From Chromera velia (lineage: Eukaryota), in assembly GCA_018398765.1 (NCBI GenBank), contig JAHBMJ010000438.1, positions 1 through 47,308 of the forward strand: DNA of 47,308 nucleotides. The letters run 5' to 3'. Made by a program: the position numbers and the translations under genes. Numbering within the stretch: position 1 is the first letter of the stretch; each line of letters begins with the position of its first letter. A model generated the notes under the pieces. That model saw nothing but the letters and a program-made list of their open reading frames with translations. It searched no databases and was not told the origin of the DNA. Positions 11,291 through 24,193 of the stretch are shown here, one piece after another.

Positions 11291-13549
11291 GGGATGAAAA
11301 GTGCGCAAGGTAACAGACCTGTGAAACGTCTAAGGGTTGGGGCAATAGAAGGAGAAGAAAACCTCCAAACGAATGAGGGTAAGGACCTTGAAAGAGGGGA
11401 AGATCTTGAAGTAGACAGGGTATGTGCAGAAAAAAAAAACCCGAGAGGGGACACCTGGTTCCTTCTCTAGTTTGTGGGCTATTCACAGCCAGAGTGGTGT
11501 CATGAGAATGATTGCTTGTACCCAATCCTGATTAACCGCGGCTTCCGTCAAGAAAAGAGGTGTCAGGACGAAAGACGGAATCGACGCAGGATGGGAAGGT
11601 TGAACGAAAATGTCCCAAGCAGTTCGGCTAAGTGACTCTGCAGGCAGTCAGGCAGAAAGCAACCAAAAGAAAGAAAAAAGGCAAGACAAAAAGAATGGCA
11701 GGGGACTTGGTTTACTCAGAAGGGCAAGACAGGCAAGCGAGCATAGTTGTTCACATGATGAGCTGACGTCAAAAATCAAAGGAGGGTGCACAGTCTTGTT
11801 CTAATGTTCCCTTCCCTTTGTATTTCCATTCATGAGGTGTTCGATTCCCTACTTCAATAAGCTCTGCCCAAGCTCCTTGTTTGCGAGTATCAGATAGACC
11901 GAAGGGATAAAAAAGTCGGAAGGAACATTACCACACTATGACAGCTTGCACAGTCATACATGGTATTGCGTGCTTGCTGCATTAGTTGGGCAGTGTGCTG
12001 AGTTGACAGGGGATGAATGTGTGCAAGCTTGACCTTTTTCATGGATCGTTCATAGAGCAGGGCAGAGCAGAGCAATACCACCGACTGGAGAGAGCCGAAT
12101 CGATGAGCCAACTCCAAGTGCATGAAAGTGAATCAATGAAAACGAGTGGGAGTAGGTGAATGAACGAGTAAATGAATGAAGGCAGGCAAACTTTCGAAGA
12201 ATGACGAGGGAAGTGAATAAATGGTTGGGATATTGGAGAAATGCCCTGTGTGTGTCCTTCCTTTTGTGACGTGTGTGGGCACATATTTAGGAGGGGTGGG
12301 CATCTGTGGGATTTACGTACGCCCTGTCGGCCTACCGGCGGGTAGCCCTGTGTCTGTTATGTATCCGCGCGGGCCTGCCAGCACCGTATGTATTGAGACC
12401 GTACATGCATCAATACAATTGATGTGCGTGACCGATATATGATGGTTCCGTCTCTATGCCTGATCGTTCGATCGATTGATGACATCATTGCCATAGCAGT
12501 GCAGATATCAGCAGTAAGGCAGACTAACTAACAGAGTCTAGCTGCGTGTGTATACTCTCAAAAGTCCCTGTGTCCGAAGAATACCTATTCTTCTTATGGC
12601 TCTAGAAAGCCGCCACTAATAGATATTTAGCAGTCTCTAATTAGATATCAGTCCTACAGATGGAAACATAAAGAAAGAAATAAACTTCTGAAAAAGCAGC
12701 TTCCAGCACACACTGACCGTCTTGCGTGATGTTCGCTTGTGAAGAGTTTTTTAAATGTTTTACTGCACACACGAAAAGGGAAGTAACGCACAGGTGTATC
12801 ACGGCATACATACACACACATATGCATATACATGTATACGGGAGCCAAAGTGGATACACACATCTGTCCATCGCCATTCAGTACAGGTCAGTCACTCCAA
12901 ATGTTGTGCACGCCAAGGCAGGTAGTCATTGTGTCCAGGCATTACATATGCAAACAGCGAGACCGGCGTGCAGACGGCAAGGGATATATGGGTCTGAGAC
13001 CAAGCAGTGACAGAGGCCGGCAAGCAAAACAGTAGGCAGAGCAGAGGCATGCACAGCGACTTAAGTTCCTTTTATTTTAGACAAATGAGAAACAGCACGC
13101 AACCATAGGTAAGACAAAAATATATGAAATCGTTACATTGATCATTCAGCACACAGCAACGTGAGAATGCATTCTTGGGGTGGGGCAAATGAAGAGGTCA
13201 GCTGCGCAGGTCTATGTATGGGGATCTTGACTTTGTTCGCTTTTTTGAAGTTCGAATATCGACACCATAACTTAGAGGAAGTAAGAAGACAGGTAAAACG
13301 AAGATGGGCAGCCCGATGCTCAGCCAAACAAGCATGAATTCCGACGGGAAAAGAAAAATTTGATAAGAAGTGAAGAATGCAGGCATGCGATGCAAACAAA
13401 GTTAAGATCCCTGTACACAGCCCTCCCCAAGCGACCTCTTGAGGAGGACGGGGGGCTGTCCAAAAGCTGCTCAATAATGTATGGAAAGGGTTGGCATGCA
13501 TGCACATGTAAAGGCTAGCTATATATAGCTTAATTGAACCCCTTCTGCA

Positions 13550-14456
13550 TCGCCTCAGGGGGCAGCTCAGCTCTGCTGAGATCAACCGAGAGGCCCTAAC
13601 ATCGCACGTACTCGCATAACGCATTTTTTCATTTTTTGGGGGGGGGTCGCTTCTATATCTCTGTCTGTTATGGTGTTATCCGAATTCCAAAATATGCCCC
13701 TCAAGCAACTTGTACGGAGCCGCGATTGCACATACCTTAATTACTTTGCACATGCGTGTCCCTCAAATAACTTGCATGGAGTTGCAAGTGCATGCTCGCG
13801 TGGTCCCGAAAAGCATACTTCGTGTACGTTGCCGTGGCCCCCGCCCCATGCATGCATACATGTGCACAAGATATGCCTAAGCCCCCGATGGTGTGTATCG
13901 ATTAAATTTGCGGACCCCCTAAAGGTCCCCCTGAGCCACTCACCCAACTGGTTAGGTATATCTCATATATAAATTAAATTTGCGGACCCCCTAAAGGGCC
14001 CCCCAAGGCATTCACTTAACTGGTTAGGTGTATCTCGTATATATATGAGATATACCTAACCAGTTGGGTAAGTGCCTTGGGGGGCCTTTTAGGGGGTCCG
14101 CAAATTTGATTAATTGATGCGCACCATCGGGGGCTTGGGCATGTCTTCTGCAGGTGCATGGGGTGGGGGCTACGGCAACGCGTACGAAGTATGCTTTTCG
14201 GGACTGCGCGAGCATGCAGTTACAACTCCGTACGAGTTACTTGAGGGACACGCATGTGTGAAGTAATTAAAGTATGTGTGATCACAGCTCCGTGCAAGTT
14301 GCTTAAGGGGCATATTTTGGAATTTGGGGGACATCGTGACAGACGGAGATAGAAGCGACCCCCCCCTCCAAAAATGAAAAAATGCGTTATGCGAGTGCGT
14401 GCGATCTCAGGGCCTCTCGGCTGATCTCAGCAGAGCTGAGCTGCCCCCCGAGGCGA
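13550..14456. repeat. Long inverted repeat / foldback element with ~420-bp arms
   Basis: 13550-13970 is the reverse complement of 14041-14456 (ends TCGCCTCAGGGGGCAGCTCAGCTCTGCTGAGATC vs GATCTCAGCAGAGCTGAGCTGCCCCCCGAGGCGA). The spacer 13971-14040 is a direct copy of the inner ~70 bp of the left arm. Confidence 0.95.
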
Positions 14457-14967
14457 CTGATGTTTTTTTAACTGCATCAAAAAGGATGAAAAAAAAAAAG
14501 GCTTAATTGCGCGCGTCATGCATGGCCGGCTTCATGTGCGCGAGCCCATGCATGCGGTGATGAAGAAGGAAAGCAAAGTCAAACATTTCCTTGAGTTGAG
14601 CGTGATATTGATAGATCGTGATAGCAGCTAGGCTGTAGGCGGATAATGGCGGGAGTGATATAGACGAATCTCCCAAGTTAAGCACAAGTCTTTCTGCAAT
14701 TCTGTAACGAATTGTGGCACAGTGATGATGTATTGCTTTCCGACTGATCCATGTGGGGTTCCACAGTCCCCTGAGAGCAAGCGAGAGACGCCAGCGAGCG
14801 TGGGGAGTTTGTATGACCTCTCCTGCATGACTGACGTTCGATCTCTGTTCCACAACCAGAAAGGGTTTTGTGTACAATATTAAAATAGGGGGCTTGATAG
14901 GCTCGAAGCACCCTCCTCTGCATATATCCATCCCTGTTCCTTCTTGACGTCCGCTTTCTTGATCCCA

Positions 14968-17900
14968 ATGGACTCAGGAGACGAGGACGCAGAGCTTTGC
15001 ACCTTCTCGTTGGAGACCCTGGAAGACGACGAGCACCAGAAGAAAAGAGGATTTCTGAAGTACAAAAGCCCTTCGCAAATCGGAAGGAAACCCGAGTTAC
15101 CAGTTGTGGAGAAGCCAGAAGAACCACAGCCCAAAAGGATCAAAAGGGAGGAAGACGAAGATGGAGACGGAGACGGAGACAGACAGAGCGAGAAGGGCGC
15201 AGGCGCAGGCGGAGACAGAAGTCAAAAAGTGGAGGGTTTCTTCGACCGCATCTACTCAGAGCGGCAGTACAAGGGCCAGATTGCCCACATAGAGAGGGTG
15301 GAAGGCCAGGAGGCCATCGAGGTTCCCCTCGCGCTCATGGACCTCCAGGAGACGGTCAAGGGGGCTCTGCGGAGACGGGGAATTGAGCGGCTGTACACCC
15401 ACCAGGTGAGTGGGGCACTGCTTCACGGGGAGTGGCACTTGTTCTTGTGAAATAGAAAAGTACGAGGCTTTTCTGCGAGTGTCCTCTCTCTCTCTCTCTC
15501 TTCCTCTGCAGTCTTTCTCCGAAAGTAACTTCTTTTTCTTCCTTGCTTGTGCGAGTCCTCTACGCCTTCACCTTTTGAGGAAGGCAGACTGAATGTCCTT
15601 TTGATTTTTCATGGGCCTCCCTGCATGCTGATTGAGTGCAGGCAGACGCAGTGAATGCGATTCTGGGCAGGGGCCTGTTGGATGGAAGTGCCGTTCTCCC
15701 GTCGGCTTCCTCTGGTGCTCTGTCGGGGCCCCCTTCATCTTCTGCATCCATCCCTTTCTCTGGAGACAGAGACGGGATGGGAAAGAGGGGGGGGGGGAAT
15801 GTAGTTGCTCCGAGTCGGTGCACGATGGTGGTTGCTCGAACGTCGGGGGGGAAATCCCTCTGCTTCATGCTTCCTATCCTGGAGGCTTTCAATGAGTGTC
15901 AGAGGAAGGGGGAAACGTTCAGGGCACTTCTCTTGTTTCCGACCAAAGCGCTGGCACAAGGTTGGTCAGGTTGTATATGTGTCTGTGCCTCTCGCTTCTT
16001 TTGGCTTTTTGTCAATTTAGACACACATGCATCATCTTTCCTCTGTCTCTCTTTCTTTCCTTGTTTCTTTCAAAGGTGCGTCAACCAACCGCCATGCCCC
16101 AATGCATTTGATGGGCTCCAGTTATTTGCCTTTCCTTCTCTTGAATCTGTTCCGACTTTCTGACTGATCTTGATCGTTTTTGTGTCCCCCCTTCCGCAGA
16201 CCAGCTGGGTGCGATCAAGCGGCTCGCTGCGGAGTGCTGCCCTGACCTCTCTGTGGCAACCTATGACGGCGACACTCCAAAACAGGTCGGACGGTCAGAT
16301 TGGTCTGGAGTGGTGGACGGGAGGAGGGGGGTGAGATGACAGAGAAAGCTTACATGAATATAATGTTATGGATTGGGGCATTTTTGTTGCGGGGCACAAG
16401 GAACCCAACAGCCCCACATATGCAGGGCCGGCCGATTGGGGTCTTGCCTGCCTGCCTGTTTGTCTGCCTGCCTGTTTGCCTGCCTGCCTGTTTGTCTGCC
16501 TGCCTGTTTGTCTGCCTGCCTGTTTGTCTGCCTGCCTGTTTGTCTGCCTGCCTGTTTGTTTGTTGGCCTGCGGAACCTTCAGCTGAGTGTAAAAAAAAAA
16601 GGTGTGTTGTGCGTGGGGTGGTTTTGGTGCCCAGGTGGTTGGGTCGGGTAAGAAGGGAGGGAGGGAGGCTTCTCGTAGGATGGATATATGCTGTTTCGTG
16701 AACTTGCTTCAAGGAAGGGAGCGTGACACGGTGCTCGGCTGTTTCGATATGTCCCAGTAGCGAGTTGTAGCTTGGCTTCCTTTCGTTGAGCAGAAGCTGA
16801 TTTGGCTTTCTGGTGGCGACACGGTCTCGTTTGGTGGAATCGGCACATGATGGTCAATGCGTTCATGCACTTACTCTGAGTGTACTGACCTTCGTGTGAT
16901 TGCAGGAGCGTGCGGCGATTCGAGAAAGCTGTCACCTTCTTCTGTCGAATCCGGACATGCTCCACGTCTCTGTGCTTCCCTGCTGCCAGAAGGAAAAATG
17001 GGATGAGGTCCTGAAGGGACTCCGTTTCGTTGTGGTCGATGAGGCGCACTACTACCGGTGTGTTCGATCGTCAGGGTGTTTTTTTTTGTGTGTCTTGATT
17101 TTGTTCTCTGAGCCCCTAGCTCTGGTTGCCTTCTTTCTCTCTCATCTCACACAATGGCATGCCTCAGGCTAATGAGAAAATGGACCTTTTTCTCTGTGCA
17201 GTGGAGTTTTCGGGTCTCACGTCGCTCTCGTTCTTCGACGCCTTCGTCGTCTTTGCCGATTCTACAGGGCAGGCACGGACCCACAATTCGTTCTCTGCTC
17301 TGCAACTGTCGCAAACCCCCGAGAACATGCGGCAGCTCTGACGGGCGTCAAAAAGGCAGACGTGGTGCTTGTGGACAGAGACGGCGCTCCGAGGGGTCCG
17401 AAGCTCTTTGCGATTTGGAATCCTCCACTGGCAGAGACGGAGACGGAGGAGGGAGAGGGGGGGAAGGAGACGTCAGGAGAACGGAAGGAAAAGGGCAACT
17501 TGGGAAGGAAGGGAGGGGCAGGAAGAGGAAGGGGGAGGGGAAAGGCAGTAGAGCGTCGGAAGGGTGGGGGTCGCTCTGCTGTGTCTGGGTTGGGGATTCC
17601 GGAGGACACGAAAGACCCTTCCGAATTTTGGGCAGCAAATTTGGAGGGAGCTGACGAGGAGGAAGCTCCCTCTTCTTCTTCTGCTTCTTCTTCTTCTGCT
17701 GCTGCTGCTTCTTCGTCTTTTTCATCGCACGGGGGAAAGGGTAAAAAAAGTGGGAAGGCAGCTGTAGAAGGGGGGGGAGAGAAGGGGGAAGTCGGGAGTG
17801 TCGGGAGACGGCCAGGGAGGGAGAGGGAGTCTCCTTACATGGAGGCAGCTTTTGTTCTTTCTGAACTTGTGGCAGCGGGGCTTCACTCGCTTTGCTTTGT

Positions 17901-18145
17901 GAAGGTTCGTTTGTTTGCTCCTTCCTTACGATCACGAGGAGTATCAAGCATGACATGAATAATGATTTCTGTTTCTGTTGCTTCCCCAGTTTGGTCTCCA
18001 GAAAGAAAGCGAGACAGCTCTATTCTTCCTGTTTCGACTCCCGGCGATCGCTTCAGGGAAAGACATGCAGTTACTCTCACGTTACCCTCCATTTCTTCCG
18101 CTTTGTGCTACCACCCCCCTTTTCGGATCCATTCCTTTGCCAACG

Positions 18146-18206
<61 letters not shown>

Positions 18207-21200
18207 CGGTACCATTCGCCGTCTCACAGTTGCAATTTTTCGGTGCTCTCGTTCAACTCATTTTGCCGCCTGCAGGTGCGCAGCGTTGCGGATTTGATTG
18301 TCAAAAGGACCCGTGAGCTTCTCGTGAGGAGACGGAAGGGGGGCTTTTCGGTTTCTGCCGGGGAGGCAGAGGAGATGGTGCTGACGTATAAAGGCGGGTT
18401 CACCCCTGCAGAACGAAGAGAGTTGGAAGGGAAACTACAGAGAGGGGAGGTTCTTGGGGTGGTTTCAACGAATGCATTGGAATTAGGTGTGGACATTGGG
18501 TGTCTCGATGCGACTGTACACGTGGGGTTTCCGGGTACAGCCGCGAGTCTGTGGCAACAGGCGGGGAGGGCAGGGAGGACAGGGAGGGGAGGGTCGATGT
18601 CGACTTCCCTTGCCGTGCTGGTGTGCCTGGACGGGCCCCTCGACCAACACTTTGCTAGAGAACCTCGTGATCTCTTCAGTCGGCCTGTTGAGGCCGCACA
18701 CGTGAATCCGAATAACGAGGAAGTCAGTCTCTCAGTCTCGATTGCATGCTTGCATTGTATCAGAAATAGAAAAACAAACACATCCACGGACACACACATA
18801 CACATACACACACACACACGCGCGCGCACACGCACATAGCGAGAGGAGGTGTGGTCGGACATAGCTGGGCTCTCAGTATTTGTCCGACTGTCTCTCTTTC
18901 GAACGGTTCGGGTGAGGATGCACTTGTTGACGCACGCATATTTTCTTGTGCGTTTTTTTTTTTTTTGCCTTGCCGTATAGCGAACAGGCGGACCGGCTGT
19001 CTTCGTGTGGAGGGATGGGCGGGGGGAGGCTGTCGATGGATCGGGATGTGCATGTGGTCTCTCCGACTTCGCAGGGAGAAAATGAATGTGACTTGTTGTG
19101 CTGTGCATTGTTTCTTCGTTCAGGTCTTACTTGATCATTTGAAGTGTGCGGCTCTTGAGAGGCCCTTATCTGTTGACGGGCGCTCCCTGTTCTCTCCCGC
19201 TGAGTGGCGTCTCTACCAGGATCAGGTCGTGGAGGCAGGGGAGGAACTTCCCTCTGCAGGGGAGATGGAGGACTTCTTCGGCTCTTTGGCTCTTGACTTG
19301 TGTTTGAAGGAAGTGAGCAACAGGTTTGGAGGCGCATGCCTGAGGTTCAGAAGGAAAGTAGACGGCGAGATTGTGACGTCAGCAGCCGCGCTGTTGGATG
19401 TGCAGATCGCCCCCAATGTGCGTGTCCAAATGCAACCGCAGCAACAACAGCAGCAGCAGCAGCCAACGACAGTTGTGGGAAGAGAGAAGGGAACGTGTGC
19501 GAGTACGGCGGTGGTGATTGAGGACTCCCCAGTCGCAGAGGGGAGACGGGAGGCGGAGTTTCCTTGGCTCCAGTCCTCGGAGGGCAGTACAGAGGCCGAC
19601 AGAGCGTGTGTCCCTGGCAGCGTGACGGCAGTAGTACCAGTACAGCTTCAACAGTCAGAAGGGGGGGGTGGAGCCACAGGGGAGGAGAGATTGCAGGGGG
19701 GGAATGGGGAGGAGGGATGGAGTGAAGAGGATATTTTCCGTTTTTGTGACGGTGAGGTTTTCTATGGAGGTGTCGAACGGGTTGCCAATGGCATTTCGCT
19801 GAGAAGCATTGACCCCGTGCGGTGGTCTGTCATCGACTCAGCTGATGGTCAGCTGGTTTCGTCTGTTGGTTCAATTCTTTTCTTCGACGCTTCCGTTCCT
19901 GTTTTTTGTCATCCAGCTGTGAGGGTCGCTTTGTCAGTAAGGAGGGACGTTTTGGAGATGGTTTCTTTGCTTGTTTGGATACCTGTAGGTATGCAGTGAA
20001 TGGTTTCGTGGGTGGATCAATGGATCTTTTTTTCTTTCCTGTCTTCTCAGTCGGTGCATTGAATCATGTCTTTTTTCTTTTCTCCTGCACTTCAACTTGA
20101 GTACTTCTTTTTTTCAGCTTCCAGCGCTTTCTTCTTGATTCTCGCTTCCTCTGCACGCATTGCTCTGTCGTTGTATTGATTAACCTTTCATCAGAGTTTG
20201 GACGCAGTTCCGTCGAGGTTCTCACTGTAGCTAGATGTACACTTATTAACTCATTGCATGCATCTGCACGCAGGCACAGTACTCGAGACTTACGAGTCCT
20301 GGATGGCCGTTGTGAAGCTCTACCCGGGTGCTGTGTACCTCCACCAGGGAAAAGCCTACCTGATCACCCAGCTCCAGGAGAACAGACACGCAGCACTCGC
20401 CAGAAGGGCCCCGGAAAATTTGGGGTACTTCACGGAGTCCAGAGACCATAGCGCCGTGCACGTCCTCTCAGAACACTCGGCTAGGGCCCCTATGAGCTTT
20501 CCCCTCTTTCCGGGATCAAAGGTGGGTGCCTCAGAAGCCTTCTTTGGAGACTCGCCTCCTGCCTCTCTGGCTTCGTCAGAAGTTGAAAAGGAACAGGAGA
20601 GTCCTGTCACCCTTCCCCGCACGACGGCAAAGTCTGACTCGCACGGAGCTGCAGCGATACCTTCTGCTGCGAGTGTTAAGGGGGCACAGAACGGCCAGAG
20701 TCCCTTCGCTGTGATCGACATCGAAGACAGCGACAGTGAGACTGAAGGGAAAGGGGGAAAAGTACCTCCTGCAGGTCCGCCGTCTGTGCTGCCAACAGGG
20801 GGTGGGGCTGCGGGGGTTGGCCGTGGAATAAAGAAAGAGAGCAACGGGGGGCGGTCGGAGAGGGAGAAGGGGGCAGAGTGCCGGCCAGACGAGTCCCCCG
20901 TCTCTGGTTCTTCCTCCGTCCGTCTGCAGCCTGTAGTGCCTGCTCTGAGTGGCAGTGTTTGTGCAAAGCTCCCTTTTGGCTCCGTTTCTAGTAGAGAGGT
21001 GTCTGAGGTGTACGTTGGTTCTGTGCGGGTTGAGAAGAAATTTTATGGGTACAGGAAGAGAGACGCCAGGACGTTCAAAATTCTCGATGTGGTCGATGTT
21101 GCTGCTGCGGGAGTGGAGTTTGTCAGTCAAGCTCTTTGGTTCACCGTCCCGAGTGGTGTGCGAAAGAGGTTACGGGATTTGTATCGGGGCAGAATTTCGG

Positions 21201-21640
21201 GTGCAGACACAGGTGAGTTGATCGGAAAAGGTCCTGTTGATGGCGACAAGTGGAGACAGGTCTTTGAGAGGGGGGCGTTGCACGGTCTTGAGCATTTGGT
21301 TCTTCAACTGTGCCCTCTTCTTTTGTCGGTTGACCCAGGCGATCTCTCGTGTCAACACACACGAAGGGAACGAGACGCCAACGCAGGGTTGGTTTTGTTT
21401 TTTGAGACCAACAGAGGTGGTACGGGCCTGTGCAAGACTCTTGCCCCTTTACTTCCCCGTCTCCTCCGCAGTGCTCTCTCCCTTGTTAGGGGGTGCGCCT
21501 GTGAGAGAGGATGCCCCCGATGCGTTCATGTAAGCGGATGTGGGGAGTACAATTTGGGGCTGCACAAAGAGATGACGCGAGATCTCCTGCAGCTGCTTGT
21601 TGAAGGAGAAGGACGAGAAAGAAGTGAAACTGTAAATTAG
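14968..21640 (+). CDS. HRQ1: Hrq1/RecQ4-like DEAH-box DNA helicase with C-terminal DUF1998 (Zn-binding) domain
   Basis: Exons 14968-15405, 15642-15960, 16200-16285, 16906-17057, 17202-17904, 18276-18722, 19124-19847, 20274-21640, all GT-AG and phase-compatible. Motifs: LYTHQ, [114 protein letters not shown]..YN. Confidence 0.93.
16445..16562. repeat. Intronic (CCTG/TTTG/TCTG)n compound repeat
   Basis: Visible in HRQ1 intron 3; explains the spurious PACLFVCL ORFs. Confidence 0.9.
18148..18206. repeat. Intronic (TC)n-(TCTG)n microsatellite
   Basis: Visible in HRQ1 intron 5. Confidence 0.9.
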
Positions 21641-24193
21641 TCTGGAAGGCACGGAGGTGCCAGAGAATGCTAACAGGCCGCTCAATTGCTCGGTTCAATG
21701 ATGTCAGTCAGGAGTAAATTTCAGTAATGCGATTTAGGTACATGGTAATTCCCTCGATACCTGTCTGCTGTAGCGAAGTTGAAGTGAGAATTCGAAGTGT
21801 AGTGGACGAAAGCAAATCTTAAAGCAAGCCGTCTGAAGTCTAGGTCTGAAATGTACATGCTAGGTCTGAAATATACATGTGCATGCCCGTCTATAGTCTA
21901 AAAAGTCATTTTAAGAGTCTCGAGAATGGATAGTTTAGATAATATATTACTATCAAAGTGTTAGCAATCCATTTTTTTGAAGTGAATTAGAACCTAGATT
22001 AGAAGTGTAGATCGACTATAAGAGGCACTGAAGGTTTTTTTTTACTAGTTTTTTAATTAAAAATTAGACTTATACGCTAGCTTATAGAATCAATATGATA
22101 GCAAAAGGTTGTTCTACTACTGAAAATCAAACTGCCTTAATTGTGTAACAATGTGCGTTGCCGCCAAAATGGTAGACACCTAGAAACAGGCTGATTCAGA
22201 AGCTGATGGCGACAGCATATAATGATAATTTTGATGATGATGCTAGTGATAATGAGGATGATAATGTTGTAACATCTATATATTCCATTATATAGTGATG
22301 ACACAGTATAACTCTAATTATAACATCACAAGTATTATATATTATGACATTGAATGTGTACAACTTTTTTGAACTTTAAGGTCGGTGACACGGTTACGCA
22401 TACAAAAGAACATAATTTAGATATACATATACAACTATAGATATACAAGTTTTTGGTATGCATATAACTGTTTCAAATGCTTATATATATCACACTAGCA
22501 ATGCCACAGTGTGTAGTGATAAGCTACAAGTGCTAAGCCTACGGTTAAGCCTATAAGGTTCAACACCATGATGTGATAGGTGGCGCTGGTCGGGAGAGTA
22601 GCAACCGAGACTCACGCCACCTTGGTCGATCACATCAAGATATTCTGACAAAAGGGAGATTGACTCACTAGCTCGTCCATCTACACAAAGAAACCATCGC
22701 AACACCTAGACTAATCTGAGGTGAGACGTTTGAAGGAATGTATAGAGCAAGGTCAAGTGTCAGAAGAAGTGACTCGGAGTGAGAAACCGGGAGGTCACTC
22801 ATTGAACCATGATGTAAGCTTTCAATCAGAAAGGGGAAGCATGATCAGATCCACACGAATGCATGCGCACAATTAATTGACGATTTGAGACCGCGCTTCG
22901 ATCTCAAAGGCTGTTGCGCAACATGCGGCCCCGGAAAGTCAAAGTTTACGCGGCCCGGGAAATTAAGTGGCTGTCGTCTAGGCTAGCTGTCGTCAGGGCA
23001 CTATGAAGCCATCGCTGCCATTATCTCTGGCGTGAATCTCTGTAGCTTTACGAACACAGTAAGTTAAATCGATTCAAAGCAATTACGTTTTAATATTATG
23101 AACACTGTACATTACAATTTTTTGATTTTTTGACTAGTTTTTTGAGCCTCTATGCAAGCTGTAATTGCTAATGCGTCTCTTCACTGGCAAGTTCACTTGA
23201 TGCAGCTTGAAGGAAGAGTGTAAGCAACGACTTTGAAAGCCACACGCAACAATAGGGGAGACTCAATGACCCTCACTTGCTAAGCATTATTTATTTGCGT
23301 GCATTTGAGAGACGCACCGAGGCAAACCTGAGACCTATCATTCAATCCACCCTTTGTTAACTTCGCGATGGGTCGAAGGCTCGACCAATCAACTTTTGCA
23401 AACATGGATAGATCGAGTTTTGAAGGTGCAGTGCCAAAAAACCTGCATGCATGGACCTGCATGAGCATATACACATGGGATTAGTCAGAGAAAGAGCTAG
23501 ACAAAAAGACACGAAGGCACCGTTCTTTTCTTTGTTTCTCTCTTATGAACATGCCATTTCTTTCCGCTTTCTTGATTGAATCCATTCTTTTCCACCCACA
23601 CGTTATTGTCCCGCGATCCCGTCCGTCCGCCTGCATGTGCTTGCAGAAGTTCGGCTGAGACCTCAGTCTAGCTGCCAGGCTTTGTTCTTGACAATCTCTA
23701 CAGCTTTTCTCTCCCCTCTTTGGCCCAGTCACGGGACATGGATGTGACCTAACTTGTGTGGGTACACACAGGCAACATTGGGCACATGCACGGAGAGAAG
23801 AGAAGAGAAAAGAGGGAACAGAGCGGTGAGGCCTGCCTGCATGGAGACACTGGCAGAAGAGGAGTCGTTTGACTTCTACCCTTCTGAAGATCAGGACATA
23901 AGTCTCTTGTGTCCTCTGCACTTGCTGTTGCTCATCGTCTCCCTTCGAGACATTGATCCTGGTCTACGTCAATCGTTTCAGTCTCATTCATATTCCCCCA
24001 GTCTTGCAAGGGCATCCATCAGCAGCCAGACGTCGTCTATGTCTCCTCACAAAAAAAATCCAGTTTTGCATGAAATTCCCGAATTCCCCCGGCCCCATCT
24101 CTGTTTCCCCTCCCCCCTAGCTGCCCCTTCTCTCACACACATCGCATGAATCATTTATCTCTCCCTCTCTCCCCTTCTGTTCTCCTCCTTCTC

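Larger units (their letters stand above)
7050..11800 (+). mobile_element. Degenerate LTR-retrotransposon-like relic (boundaries approximate; no LTR pair or pol seen)
   Basis: Intronless tract of stop-riddled ORF fragments leading into a recognisable gag capsid remnant. The extent is inferred from composition. Confidence 0.45.

Noticed and set aside
11440..11530. Possible gag zinc knuckle
   Set aside because: No frame gives CX2CX4HX4C.
14503..14931. Minus-strand ORFs divergent from HRQ1
   Set aside because: No recognisable motifs or consistent splice structure.
18224..21130. Long antisense ORFs over HRQ1 (similar ones over gene 1 and HOP1)
   Set aside because: Shadow ORFs of GC-rich coding sequence.
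22480..24150. Short ORF fragments between HRQ1 and the LRR gene
   Set aside because: Interrupted by stops and no family recognised; no gene model could be built.
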